This document shows, piece after piece, positions 1 to 10,067 of a DNA stretch of 64,000 nucleotides (its first letter is position 1; every line of letters begins with the position of its first letter). The stretch lies in contig CDROCS010001802.1 in assembly GCA_977020255.1 (NCBI GenBank), positions 124,001-188,000 on the forward strand, in the 5' to 3' direction. This stretch comes from Obrimoposthia wandeli (Eukaryota). The position numbers were made by a program, and so were the translations under genes. The notes beneath the pieces are model-generated. The model saw only the letters and a list, made by a program, of their open reading frames with translations, did not search any database and was not told where the DNA came from.

Positions 1-665
1 CTCCAACCATTATCAAGTATCGTTTTACAAGAAGTGGCTAATCCAGTACCGATAGAACTTTGATTTTCATTTTCTATCAATGTTTTATTTTCTGTATTTG
101 TCGAAAATAAAGTTTCAGAATCATCAGCCCATATATCATAGATAGTTTCAGTTCTATCTTGGTCTTGTGAACAACTTCTTGTTTGATTAAAGCTCTCTCC
201 TAGATTAACAGTTGAAGCTAAAGGACTGAATATGCCACAATCATAATGTACACCATTATCTATCCAAATAGAATATTCAGTTCTTTGAGTGCCTGTATTG
301 TAATTTTCCAAACCTGTTTCGAGATATGAAATAATAGCAGTTATATTTTGATTTTCAATTTTTACTGTTGTTCTTGGTGTTCCGTTGAATATTTCAGTTG
401 TAGTTACTGTTCTTTCTTGTTTTTGTAAGCAGTTTTCATTTTGTGTAAACACTTCTCCAAGAGGGTAGTTATAAGGATTAGACTCTTTTACACAACTAAA
501 CTCAACCCCTTTATCAATCCAACTTGTTGCAACAGGAAGCGAATTTTCAACAATATCATACACATGTTTTTCTTGTGAAATTATGCTAATATAATCATTT
601 GCTTGTACTGTCCCAAATAATATGGTAATTATTGATGTCGCCATCAATTTCTTTCTATAATTCAT
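1..665 (-). CDS. Secreted repeat/fibrinogen-tip adhesin-like paralog, partial (runs off the window start)
   Basis: Not in the ORF track. Manual translation from ATG 665 gives MNYRKKLMATSIITILFGTVQANDYISIISQEK..., one 88-aa repeat, then GTGLATSCKTILDNGW, matching the five neighbouring paralogs. Confidence 0.9.
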   Translation of the reverse strand, partial: MNYRKKLMATSIITILFGTVQANDYISIISQEKHVYDIVENSLPVATSWIDKGVEFSCVKESNPYNYPLGEVFTQNENCLQKQERTVTTTEIFNGTPRTTVKIENQNITAIISYLETGLENYNTGTQRTEYSIWIDNGVHYDCGIFSPLASTVNLGESFNQTRSCSQDQDRTETIYDIWADDSETLFSTNTENKTLIENENQSSIGTGLATSCKTILDNGW

Positions 666-689
666 AATGATCTCTTTTTATTTGTAATA

Positions 690-3314
690 TTATCTTATAA
701 ACCAATTTTGTTTGACAATGGAAACAGAGTCCCAAGCATTAACAACGCCAGCTAAATCTGTTCCATATCCATTTTTCGTTTTCATATCACCAAAGCCATT
801 CCTGTAATTAGCGAAGCCTTGTGGTACGTATGCTGGACCGAAGTGTAAAGTTGAAAACTCTGAACTATCATTACCTAAATAATTAATTCCCATACCTATA
901 TCCCAATTGTTAGAAGCTGTAGCCGAAACGATGTTTCCAGTTCCATCAACAGTTGTTATAGTGTCTGCATACGCATTAGCTAAATACATACCAATACCTG
1001 TATTAACAGTTGTATTAGGAGCTGAAGCATATGACTTAACAGATTGATTATTCTTATTAAGATTTGTACCTTTTATTTTAGATCCTCTACTATAAATCAT
1101 CATGTCATTCCAATCACTATCATTTATGTATGAGCTAATACCTTCGACATCTAGGTTCATAAGTTCACTATTAAAAGGATTGAAAGCTTTAGCTACTACA
1201 TTTGTCATAACAGAACTAGCATCTATAGCTGTAACAATTAATGTCCAACCACCGCCATCTGTTGTCATATCACAATAAGCCTGTTTAGCGGTTGCAGAAG
1301 GATATATATTATATGAACCATCTCCAGAGCTTCCTTGTGAGTTAAGTATTTGTTTACAAGATTTAGCTAGAAAAGAACCAGAATTTATCTTCGCTTCATT
1401 TTCAATTATCGTTTTATTTTCAACTAAAGTGTTATCTATTGTTTCAGAACCGTCAGCCCACATATTATATACAGTTTTAGTTCTGTCTTGATTCTGAGAA
1501 CAATTAGCATTCTGTGTAAATGATTTGTCCTTGTATATTGTTGCAGCGACAGGCGTAAACGTATCACAGGCATAATAAGCGCCATCATCAACCCATTCTG
1601 TGTATTCTATTCTTTGACCACCTGTAGTGAAGTTTTTAGAGCCGATAGCGCTCTGTGTTTCTGATTCATTTAATGTTTGAATTTCTGTGTTTGTATTATT
1701 GATAGTCTCAGAATTATCAGCCCATATATCATAAACCGTTTTTGTTCTTTCTTGATTTTGAGAACAATCTCTATTTTGAGTGAAAGACTCGCCTAAATTA
1801 ATAGTTGATACAAGTGGAGTAAAGTCACTACAAGCATAATGAACACCACTATCTAACCAATTAGTATATTCAGTTCTTTGCGTTCCTGTATTAAAGTTTT
1901 TAGTCCCGATAGAGTTTTGGGTTTCAGATTCAGTTAAGGTTTGGACTTCAACATTTGTACTATTAACAGTCTCAGAATTATCAGCCCATATATCATATAT
2001 TGTTTCTGTTCTATTTTGATCTTGTGAGCAATTACGATTTTGGGTAAATGATTCTCCTAAATTAATAGTTGATACAAGTGGCGAGAAACCTTCACAGTCA
2101 TAATGAACACCATTATCTAACCAATTGGTATATTCAGTTCTTGTTGAACCAGTATTGAAGTTTTTAGAACCAACCGCTTGTTGTGTTTCGTTTTCTGTTA
2201 ATGTTTTCATTTCTATATTTGTAGTGTCAATAGTTTCTGAATTATCAGCCCATATATTGTATATTGTTTTGGTTCTTTCTTGATCTTGAGAGCAATCACG
2301 GTTTTGAGTAAATGATTCGCCTAAATTAACTGTAGTAATTAAAGGACCCCAAGCGGCACAAGCGTAATGTATACCATCGTTTAGCCAAGTGCTGTATTCG
2401 GTTCTTTGAGAACCTGTATCAAAGTTTTTAGTTCCAGTATTATTTTGAGTTTCATTTTCTATTAATGTTTTAGTCTCAGTATTTGTTGAATTAACAGTTT
2501 CAGATCCAGCCGCCCATATATCATAAACTGTTTCAATTCGTGTTTGATCTTGAGAACAATCTCTGTTTTGTATAAAAGATTCATTTAGATTTACACTAGA
2601 TACAAGTGGCATAAATGTAGTACAAGAATAATGCACACCATTGTTTATCCAACCAGTATATTCAAATCTTTGAGTTCCCGTTATAAAATCCTTAGTACCA
2701 ACAGATTGTTGATATTCCAATTCATTTAAGATTCTTTCTTCATTATTTGTAGAATAAAGAGTCTCAGAATTGTCAGCCCATATATCATATATCGTTTCAA
2801 TTCTTGTTTGTTTTTGAGAGCAAGATTTATTCTGAGTAAAGTCTTCATTTAGGTTAACATTAGAAGCAAGTGGGTTAAAACTCCCACAATTATAGTGTAT
2901 TCCTTCATCTGTCCACGTAGAATATTGAGTCCTTTGATTTCCTGTATTGTAGTTTTCTTTACCTGTTTCTAAATACGAAATAACAACAGGGATATTTTGA
3001 TTTTCAGTTTTAACGGTTGTTCTTGATGTTCCATTGAATATTTCAGTTGTGGTTACTGTACGTTCTTGTTTCTGTAAACAGTCTTCATTCTGTGTGAATG
3101 CTACTCCTAGAGGGAAATCATATTCATTAAACTCTTTTACACAATTAAATTCACTACCAATATCAACCCAATTTGTCGCAACAGGAATTGAATTTTCAAT
3201 GATATCATAATCATTTTTTTCTTGCGAAATAATACTGATGTAGTCATTGGCCTGTGATGTTCCAAATAATATAGCTATTATTGATGTAGTTAGTAATGTC
3301 TTTTTATAATTCAT
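690..3314 (-). CDS. Secreted modular adhesin-like protein: signal peptide, six 88-aa Cys-pair repeats, fibrinogen-N-like SC...YCDMTTDGGGWTL module, divergent tip
   Basis: Signal peptide MNYKKTLLTTSIIAILFGTSQA; repeats (K/E)N(F/Y)xTGxQRTEYxxW...C...QNRDCSQDQxR...IWADNSET; C-terminal SCKQIL...YCDMTTDGGGWTL. Confidence 0.85.
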   Translation of the reverse strand: MNYKKTLLTTSIIAILFGTSQANDYISIISQEKNDYDIIENSIPVATNWVDIGSEFNCVKEFNEYDFPLGVAFTQNEDCLQKQERTVTTTEIFNGTSRTTVKTENQNIPVVISYLETGKENYNTGNQRTQYSTWTDEGIHYNCGSFNPLASNVNLNEDFTQNKSCSQKQTRIETIYDIWADNSETLYSTNNEERILNELEYQQSVGTKDFITGTQRFEYTGWINNGVHYSCTTFMPLVSSVNLNESFIQNRDCSQDQTRIETVYDIWAAGSETVNSTNTETKTLIENETQNNTGTKNFDTGSQRTEYSTWLNDGIHYACAAWGPLITTVNLGESFTQNRDCSQDQERTKTIYNIWADNSETIDTTNIEMKTLTENETQQAVGSKNFNTGSTRTEYTNWLDNGVHYDCEGFSPLVSTINLGESFTQNRNCSQDQNRTETIYDIWADNSETVNSTNVEVQTLTESETQNSIGTKNFNTGTQRTEYTNWLDSGVHYACSDFTPLVSTINLGESFTQNRDCSQNQERTKTVYDIWADNSETINNTNTEIQTLNESETQSAIGSKNFTTGGQRIEYTEWVDDGAYYACDTFTPVAATIYKDKSFTQNANCSQNQDRTKTVYNMWADGSETIDNTLVENKTIIENEAKINSGSFLAKSCKQILNSQGSSGDGSYNIYPSATAKQAYCDMTTDGGGWTLIVTAIDASSVMTNVVAKAFNPFNSELMNLDVEGISSYINDSDWNDMMIYSRGSKIKGTNLNKNNQSVKSYASAPNTTVNTGIGMYLANAYADTITTVDGTGNIVSATASNNWDIGMGINYLGNDSSEFSTLHFGPAYVPQGFANYRNGFGDMKTKNGYGTDLAGVVNAWDSVSIVKQNWFIR

Positions 3315-3340
3315 AATTATCTCTTTTTATTTATAATAAT

Positions 3341-3368
3341 ATTGTATTTCATTTAATATTATTGTCAA
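3341..3368 (-). promoter_or_regulatory. sigma70-like promoter TTGACA-N16-TACAAT for the 874-aa paralog
   Basis: Reverse complement reads ttgaca ataatattaaatgaaa tacaat; same layout upstream of four other paralogs. Confidence 0.7.
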
Positions 3369-3489
3369 AGAGGCACAGAAAGAACAGTTAAATATTTAAT
3401 CACTTGTTAATTAAGGTAATGAATATTATTATTTTTTATTATTTATTTTTAAGCATAAAAAAGAATGAACAAATCATTCTTTTTTATAT

Positions 3490-5016
3490 TTATCTAAACA
3501 TCATTCTAGTTGTTTTGTAACTATAATTAAGGGTCGTATTATAACGCCAATTTATATTATATTGGACTGAGCCACTAGTATCTCCATCTATACTATCTAA
3601 ATATAACCCATTTAAATTGGATGTAAAACAACTTCCATGCCACCAAGCTCCGACTCCTAAAAGAGACGCACAATTAGAAGGATGTTCATCATTGTCAACA
3701 TCTTGTGTTGTGAACGGTTTACCAGAGTGATACGCCAAGCTATCACCTTGTGTTCCACTATGACCATCTACAGTTAATGTATATTTACTTGCTTCATTAG
3801 AAATGTTGAAAGTTGAATACCTTGCGTTATAAATAACTCCATTGTGATGACCGAGTTCTACATATAATTCTTTATTTCCGATTGTCATTTCTGCAATAGC
3901 TTCATTTCCTAACCAAAAATTATCTCCTGAACCAAAACCATTTTTATATTCAGACCAATTTTGGTTAAAATTGGAATTAGAAAATCGGCTTTGAAAAACA
4001 GTCCACCCTCCACCGTCAGTGGTCATATCACAAGTAGCACTTTTATTTCCAGAAGGTAAGTTTAATGTATAAATGCCAGAACCAGTGCTCCAACCATTAT
4101 CAAGAATAACTTTACAAGAAGTAGCTAATCCAGTACCAACATTATTTTGTGATTGATCATTTACTAATGTTTGAACTTCCACAATTGTTGTATTAACCGT
4201 TTCAGATGTGTCAGCCCATATATCGTATACTGTTTTAGTTCTATCTTGATCTTGAGAACAATCTCTATTTTGTACAAGAGGTTCATTTAATCTTAATGTG
4301 TTTGTAAGAGGAATCCAATCAGTACAGGAATGAATAGCGCCATTATTTAACCATTCAGTATATTCAGTTCTTTGTGAACCAGTAATGAAGTTTTTAGTGC
4401 CAACCGCTTCTTGATATTCTAATTCATTTAGATTTCGTTCTTCATTATTTGTAGAAAAAAGAGTTTCTGAGTTATCAGCCCATATATCATAAACCGTTTC
4501 AGTTCTTGTTTGTTTTTGAGAACAAGATCTATTTTGCGTAAACACTTCATTTAGATTTATAGTATTAATAAGTGGAGAAAAATCGCCACAAGCAAAATGA
4601 GAGCCATCATCTATCCAGTTAGTATATTCTGTACGTTTTACTTCGGTGTTATAATTTTCCAATCCAGTATCAATATATGAAATAATTACAGGTATATTTT
4701 GATAATCAGTTACAATGGTAGTTCTTGGTGTACCATTAAAAATTTCAGTTGTGGTAATTGTTCTTTCTTGTTTTTGTAAGCAGTTTTCATTTTGAGTAAA
4801 TGTTACTCCTAGAGGGAAATCATATTCATTAAACTCTTTTACACAATTAAATTCACTACCAATATCAGCCCAATTTGTCGTAATGGGAAGCGAATTTTCA
4901 ACAACATCGTAAACGTGTTTTTCTTGCGAAATAATACTAATATAGTCATTTGCTTGTGATGTTCCAAATAATATCGCTATTATTGAAGTAGTTAGTAATG
5001 TTTTTTTATAATTCAT
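3490..5016 (-). CDS. Secreted repeat protein with two 88-aa repeats and a complete fibrinogen C-terminal (FReD) domain
   Basis: Start re-set to MNYKK at 5016 by paralog alignment and RBS-like AAAAAGAG. FReD motifs GGGWTVFQSR, W-x-EYKNGFG, FWLGN, FTTQDVDND, GAWW, SNLNGLY. Confidence 0.9.
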   Translation of the reverse strand: MNYKKTLLTTSIIAILFGTSQANDYISIISQEKHVYDVVENSLPITTNWADIGSEFNCVKEFNEYDFPLGVTFTQNENCLQKQERTITTTEIFNGTPRTTIVTDYQNIPVIISYIDTGLENYNTEVKRTEYTNWIDDGSHFACGDFSPLINTINLNEVFTQNRSCSQKQTRTETVYDIWADNSETLFSTNNEERNLNELEYQEAVGTKNFITGSQRTEYTEWLNNGAIHSCTDWIPLTNTLRLNEPLVQNRDCSQDQDRTKTVYDIWADTSETVNTTIVEVQTLVNDQSQNNVGTGLATSCKVILDNGWSTGSGIYTLNLPSGNKSATCDMTTDGGGWTVFQSRFSNSNFNQNWSEYKNGFGSGDNFWLGNEAIAEMTIGNKELYVELGHHNGVIYNARYSTFNISNEASKYTLTVDGHSGTQGDSLAYHSGKPFTTQDVDNDEHPSNCASLLGVGAWWHGSCFTSNLNGLYLDSIDGDTSGSVQYNINWRYNTTLNYSYKTTRMMFR

Positions 5017-5042
5017 AATTATCTCTTTTTGTTTATAATAAT

Positions 5043-5070
5043 ATTGTATTTGATTTAAGAATATTGTCAA
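5043..5070 (-). promoter_or_regulatory. sigma70-like promoter TTGACA-N16-TACAAT
   Basis: ttgaca atattcttaaatcaaa tacaat on the minus strand. Confidence 0.7.
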
Positions 5071-5138
5071 AACACTATATTTTAAGAATAAAAAAGAGCG
5101 ATAGTTAATCACTCTTTATATTATTGATGAATTAATCT

Positions 5139-6398
5139 TTATCTAAACATCATTTTTACACTTTTATAACTATAAAGATGTCCATGTCCATGATACCAAT
5201 TAAGTCCGTTTTCGATACCAGAATAATTGCCATCTTTGTATATTCCGTTTAAATTAGAAAAATAACATCTATTATGCCACCAAGCCCCATTATAATTAAC
5301 AGCACAGTTAACAGATTCATGAAGATCATTATCAACATCTTTTGTCGTGAAAGCCATTCCTGAATGGTATGTTAAAGAATCACCATTGTTTCCACTAAAC
5401 CCAGAAACAGTTAACATATACTGACTTAATTCATTTCCGACATTAAAAGTATCATATTTGGCGTAATAGACAGTCCCATCGTGATGTCTAAAGTCTATAT
5501 ATAATTCTTTATTACCTACTGTCATTTCTGCAATTAAATCATTGCCAAGCCAAAAATTTCCTTCTGAGCCGAATCCGTTTTTGTATTCGATCCAGTTTTT
5601 ATAAAAATCTGTATCAGATACTCTACTTTGGAAAACAGTCCAACCACCACCATCAGTAGTCATATCACAAGTAACATCTTTGTTCCCAGAAGGAAGGTCT
5701 AATGTATAAACTCCATCTCCAGTGCTTAATCCATCATCCAATATATTTTTACAAGACAATCCTAATATAGAGGGTTTAGTTCCAATTGCAATTTGTGATT
5801 CGATTTCTATTAAAGTTTTAGTTTCTGTTTCGGTGCTGCTAATGGTTTCAGAATTGTCTGCCCATATATTGTATATATTTTTAATTCTATCTTGATTTTG
5901 AGAACAATTACGATTTTGGGTAAATGACTCTCCTAAATTAACGGTTGAAATTAATGGAGCAAAATTATTGCACGAATAATGAACTCCATTATCAATCCAA
6001 GCAGTATATTCAGTTCTTTCGACTCCAGTATTGAAATTTTCTTTGCCGACATCAATATAAGAGACAACGATATCCTTATTTTGATAATCAGTTACAACGG
6101 TAGTTCGAGGTGTACCATTAAAAACTTCAGTTGTTGTAATTGTCCTTTCTTGCTTTTGTAAACAATTTTCATTTTGAGTAAATTCTTCTCCTAAAGGATA
6201 GTTATATTCACTAAATTCTTTAATACAATTAAACTCGCTACCAACATCGATCCAATTTGTCGCAACGGGAATCGAATTTTCAACAACATCGTAAACGTGT
6301 TTTTCTTGAGAAATAATACTTATATAATCATTTGCTTGTGAATAACCAAATAATATGGCTATTATTGATGTGGTTAGTAATTTTTTTTTATAATTCAT
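5139..6398 (-). CDS. Secreted repeat protein with one 88-aa repeat and a complete FReD domain
   Basis: Same N-terminus; GGGWTVFQSR, WIEYKNGFG, FWLGN, FTTKDVDND, GAWWHNRCYFSNLNGIY. Confidence 0.9.
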   Translation of the reverse strand: MNYKKKLLTTSIIAILFGYSQANDYISIISQEKHVYDVVENSIPVATNWIDVGSEFNCIKEFSEYNYPLGEEFTQNENCLQKQERTITTTEVFNGTPRTTVVTDYQNKDIVVSYIDVGKENFNTGVERTEYTAWIDNGVHYSCNNFAPLISTVNLGESFTQNRNCSQNQDRIKNIYNIWADNSETISSTETETKTLIEIESQIAIGTKPSILGLSCKNILDDGLSTGDGVYTLDLPSGNKDVTCDMTTDGGGWTVFQSRVSDTDFYKNWIEYKNGFGSEGNFWLGNDLIAEMTVGNKELYIDFRHHDGTVYYAKYDTFNVGNELSQYMLTVSGFSGNNGDSLTYHSGMAFTTKDVDNDLHESVNCAVNYNGAWWHNRCYFSNLNGIYKDGNYSGIENGLNWYHGHGHLYSYKSVKMMFR

Positions 6399-6424
6399 AA
6401 TTGTCTCTTTTTATCTATAACATT

Positions 6425-6452
6425 ATTGTATTTTATTTAGTGATATTGTCAA
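6425..6452 (-). promoter_or_regulatory. sigma70-like promoter TTGACA-N16-TACAAT
   Basis: ttgaca atatcactaaataaaa tacaat on the minus strand. Confidence 0.7.
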
Positions 6453-6544
6453 AATAGTATTTTTATAAATATTTTTATAAATATTTTTTCAAATAAAAAA
6501 GAGCAATATATTATCACTCTTTTTATTATTTATAATTTTATTTT

Positions 6545-8575
6545 TTATCTAAACATATAGAATAATTTTGTACCATTGACCGTTGACTTATTTCTGTGCC
6601 AGCCGTTAAGGTGTGCATAAGCTCCAACTCCACGAGGGTCTATTTTAATAGACGTTATATATGCATTTTCAGAATATTGATGATATTCAGGTTTATTTAG
6701 AAGTCCACAGTTGTCAGTGCCTTCAGTTCCGCTACAATAAACTCTTGGGAAGTTCCCATTAAAATGTATACTTACAACAGTGTTATTCCAACCATTCATC
6801 ATTTCAACTTTTGTTTCGTTGATTAAGTCTATTGATTTATAAGTAATGCTTGAAGGATTTATGCTATCATCAGCTTGCATATTCATAATCCAATCTGTAT
6901 CTAATCCATTTTCTGACGATATGTTTTTTATATATGCCATATTAATCAAATCTTCCGCTGATAATATTTCGATGTCATATGAGCCATCATTAATATTAAC
7001 GAGATTATAAGTAGTATCAGTACCAAAAGTAGTCCAACCACCGCCATCAATCGTCATATTGCAAGATACATTATATGATTTGGTATTATTAATGATTTCA
7101 TAAACACCGTCACCATTACTTCCTGAATGATTTAGTATATCCAAACAAGATTCAGCCAAATAAGTACCAGTCGCAATTTGAGATTCATTTTCACTTACTA
7201 TTTGTGATTCTGAACTTGTTGAATTAATAGTTTCAGTTCCATCAGCCCATAAGTCAACAATAGTCATTGTTCTATTTTGGTTTTGTGAACAACTTCTATT
7301 TTGTGTAAAATCAGTTTCATTATATATTGTAGGAATAAGTGGAGCGAAAGTACCACAATCATAATGAGTCCCGTTATCTAACCACTCTGTATAATCCGTT
7401 CTTTGTTCGCCAGTTATAAAGTTCTTTGTCCCTGTTGAAATTTGTTCTTCATTCTCAATAAGTGTTTGCGTTTCTACATCGGTAGAAGATAGTGTTTCAG
7501 AATTATCAGCCCATATATCATATATGTTTTTAGTCCTATCTTGGTCTTGTGAGCAATCTCTATTTTGAGTAAATGAACTACCTAAATTAACAGTTGTCGT
7601 AAGTGGAATAAATGTATTACAACCGTAATGAGAGCCATTATCTAACCACTCTGTATACTCAGTTCTTTGAGTTCCAGTATTAAAGTTTTTAGTACCGATT
7701 GAATCTATTTCTTCATTTTCTATTAAAGTTTGTAATTCTATGTTTGTATTATTAAGCGTTTCAGAACCATCAGCCCATATATCATAAACTGTTTCTGTTC
7801 TGTTTTGATCCTGAGAACAATCTCTGTTCTGTTTGAATGTATCACCTAAATTAATAGTAGATTTTTCAGGTAAGAAGTTGCTACAAGAATATAATCCCCC
7901 ATTATTAATCCAGTTAGTATATTCAGTTCTTTGTACGCCAGTGTTGAAATTTAAAGTACCAATTGCAGGTTGTGACTCATTTTCATTTAATGTTCTAACT
8001 TCCGTATCTGTTGAATAGAATGTTTCAGAATTATCAGCCCATATATCATAAACAGTCTCAGTTCTTTTTTGATCCTGAGAACAATTCCTATTTTGTGTAA
8101 ATGATTCATCTAGATTGATTGTTGAAACAAGTGGGGAAAAATCACCACAAGCGTAGTGAGAACCATTATCTATCCAATTAGTATATTCTGTACGTTTTAC
8201 TTCAGTGTTATAATTTTCTAAACCAGTGTCTAAATATGAAACAACAACAGGTATGTTTTGATGATCAGTTACAACGGTAGTTCTTGGTATACCATTAAAA
8301 ACCTCAGTTGTTGTAACTGTTCTTTCTTGTTTTTGTAAACAGTTTTCATTTTGCATAAATGATTCGTTTAAAGGGTAATCATACGCATTAAACTCTTTAA
8401 CACAATTAAATTCATTTCCAATATCGATCCAGTTTGTAGCCACAGGAAGAGAATTTTCAACAACATCATAAACATGTTTTTCTTGCGAAATTATACTTAT
8501 ATAGTCATTAGCTTGCGCTGTTCCAAATAATATTGTTATTATTGATGTGGTTAGTAATGTTTTTTTATAATTCAT
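6545..8575 (-). CDS. Secreted repeat protein with four 88-aa repeats, fibrinogen-N-like module and a unique tip
   Basis: MNYKK start at 8575 (ORF track starts at 8581); SCLDIL...SCNMTIDGGGWT followed by sequence unrelated to the other tips. Confidence 0.85.
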   Translation of the reverse strand: MNYKKTLLTTSIITILFGTAQANDYISIISQEKHVYDVVENSLPVATNWIDIGNEFNCVKEFNAYDYPLNESFMQNENCLQKQERTVTTTEVFNGIPRTTVVTDHQNIPVVVSYLDTGLENYNTEVKRTEYTNWIDNGSHYACGDFSPLVSTINLDESFTQNRNCSQDQKRTETVYDIWADNSETFYSTDTEVRTLNENESQPAIGTLNFNTGVQRTEYTNWINNGGLYSCSNFLPEKSTINLGDTFKQNRDCSQDQNRTETVYDIWADGSETLNNTNIELQTLIENEEIDSIGTKNFNTGTQRTEYTEWLDNGSHYGCNTFIPLTTTVNLGSSFTQNRDCSQDQDRTKNIYDIWADNSETLSSTDVETQTLIENEEQISTGTKNFITGEQRTDYTEWLDNGTHYDCGTFAPLIPTIYNETDFTQNRSCSQNQNRTMTIVDLWADGTETINSTSSESQIVSENESQIATGTYLAESCLDILNHSGSNGDGVYEIINNTKSYNVSCNMTIDGGGWTTFGTDTTYNLVNINDGSYDIEILSAEDLINMAYIKNISSENGLDTDWIMNMQADDSINPSSITYKSIDLINETKVEMMNGWNNTVVSIHFNGNFPRVYCSGTEGTDNCGLLNKPEYHQYSENAYITSIKIDPRGVGAYAHLNGWHRNKSTVNGTKLFYMFR

Positions 8576-8600
8576 AATCATCTCTTTTGTTTATAATAAT

Positions 8601-8628
8601 ATTATATTTCATATAAAATAATTGTCAA
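8601..8628 (-). promoter_or_regulatory. sigma70-like promoter TTGACA-N16-TATAAT
   Basis: ttgaca attattttatatgaaa tataat on the minus strand. Confidence 0.7.
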
Positions 8629-8666
8629 AAATCAAATTATTTTAATCACTAAATAAATTATTATCA

Positions 8667-9896
8667 TTATCTTACCCAAAAGCTAAACTGGTTTGCTGTA
8701 CATTGTCTGCTACCATTGTGTGTATATGGATTTGTTACAATAGGACAAGTATCTGCTTCATACATCTTAAATTGCCCTAAACTCCACCACCAACTATTAG
8801 TTTGACTTCCATATTTTGCATGTCCATAACTATGCTGTACTAATCCAAAACCATTTAGGCTTTGTAATCCTGGTTCGGTTGTACTTAATATCTGAAAACC
8901 AGCAGGGACTGTAACTGAAGTATCCCCATTATTCGCAATAACTGAAGCATCTTGCTTAAAAATCGTATGGTTATATGTTGTAGTGGTTCTGTAATTTTTA
9001 TACATATATTGATTGTTGGTTTTTATATCATCGACTTTACCTAATATAGAATAAAGGTTACTGTTAGAATCTGGGTTAGATGCATTAAAATTTAGATTAT
9101 TAGATTCTGTAAACCAATGGTTTAATTTCTGACTCATTAATAATGTCCAACCACCACCATCTGTAATCATGTCGCAATACACATTTATATTATCACTTCC
9201 TGTTTGATTAATAGTGTAGTTACCACTCAATGTTTCACCACTGTTCAATAATGCTAAACATGAAGTCAAAACAAGAGTTCCTGTCGCATTTCGAGTTTCA
9301 TTTTCGTTTAAAACTGTTGTTTCTAAGTCACTAGAAAATAAGGTTTCTGTATTATTAGCCCATATATCATAAACAGTTTTTGTTCGTTCTTGATTTTGAG
9401 AACAATCTCTATTTTGTTCAAATGATTCGCCCAGATTAACAGTTGATACAAGTGGTGCAAATGTACCACAAGAATAATGAATACCTTCATTTAACCAAGT
9501 CGAATATTCAGTTCTTTGAGTGCCAGTCTTATAATTATCCAGACCAGTTTCTAAATATGAAATAACAACAGGAACATTTTGATTTTCAACTTTTACAGTT
9601 GTTCTTGGTGTACCATTAAAAACCTCAGTTGTTGTAACGGTTCTTTCTTGTTTCTGCAAACAATTTTCATTTTGAGTAAAAGACTGACCTAAAGGAAAAT
9701 CATAGGCACTAAACTCTTCAACACAGCTAAACTCTGTGCCTATATCAAGCCACTCTGTTGCTACAGGCAATGAGTTTTCAACGACATCATAGATATGTTT
9801 TTCTTGCGTAATGATACTAATATAATCATTTGCTTGAGTTGTTCCAAACAATATTGCTATGATTGATGTTGTTATTAACGTTTTTTTATAATTCAT
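8667..9896 (-). CDS. Secreted repeat protein with one 88-aa repeat, fibrinogen-N-like module and a unique tip
   Basis: Same signal peptide and N-domain; SCLALL...VYCDMITDGGGWTL...NLYSILGKVDDIK. Confidence 0.85.
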   Translation of the reverse strand: MNYKKTLITTSIIAILFGTTQANDYISIITQEKHIYDVVENSLPVATEWLDIGTEFSCVEEFSAYDFPLGQSFTQNENCLQKQERTVTTTEVFNGTPRTTVKVENQNVPVVISYLETGLDNYKTGTQRTEYSTWLNEGIHYSCGTFAPLVSTVNLGESFEQNRDCSQNQERTKTVYDIWANNTETLFSSDLETTVLNENETRNATGTLVLTSCLALLNSGETLSGNYTINQTGSDNINVYCDMITDGGGWTLLMSQKLNHWFTESNNLNFNASNPDSNSNLYSILGKVDDIKTNNQYMYKNYRTTTTYNHTIFKQDASVIANNGDTSVTVPAGFQILSTTEPGLQSLNGFGLVQHSYGHAKYGSQTNSWWWSLGQFKMYEADTCPIVTNPYTHNGSRQCTANQFSFWVR

Positions 9897-9921
9897 AATA
9901 CTCTCTTTATTTTATAATATT

Positions 9922-9949
9922 ATTGTATTTTATTAAAAAGTATTGTCAA
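9922..9949 (-). promoter_or_regulatory. sigma70-like promoter TTGACA-N16-TACAAT
   Basis: ttgaca atactttttaataaaa tacaat on the minus strand. Confidence 0.7.
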
Positions 9950-10067
9950 AATTATAAGAAAAACGTTGATTATGTAATAGGAAAAAACAAAGATAAGAAT
10001 TAATGGAATTTTAAGCAAAAAAAAGAGTGATATGAAATCACTCTTTAGAAATTGTTTATTTTCGAGA

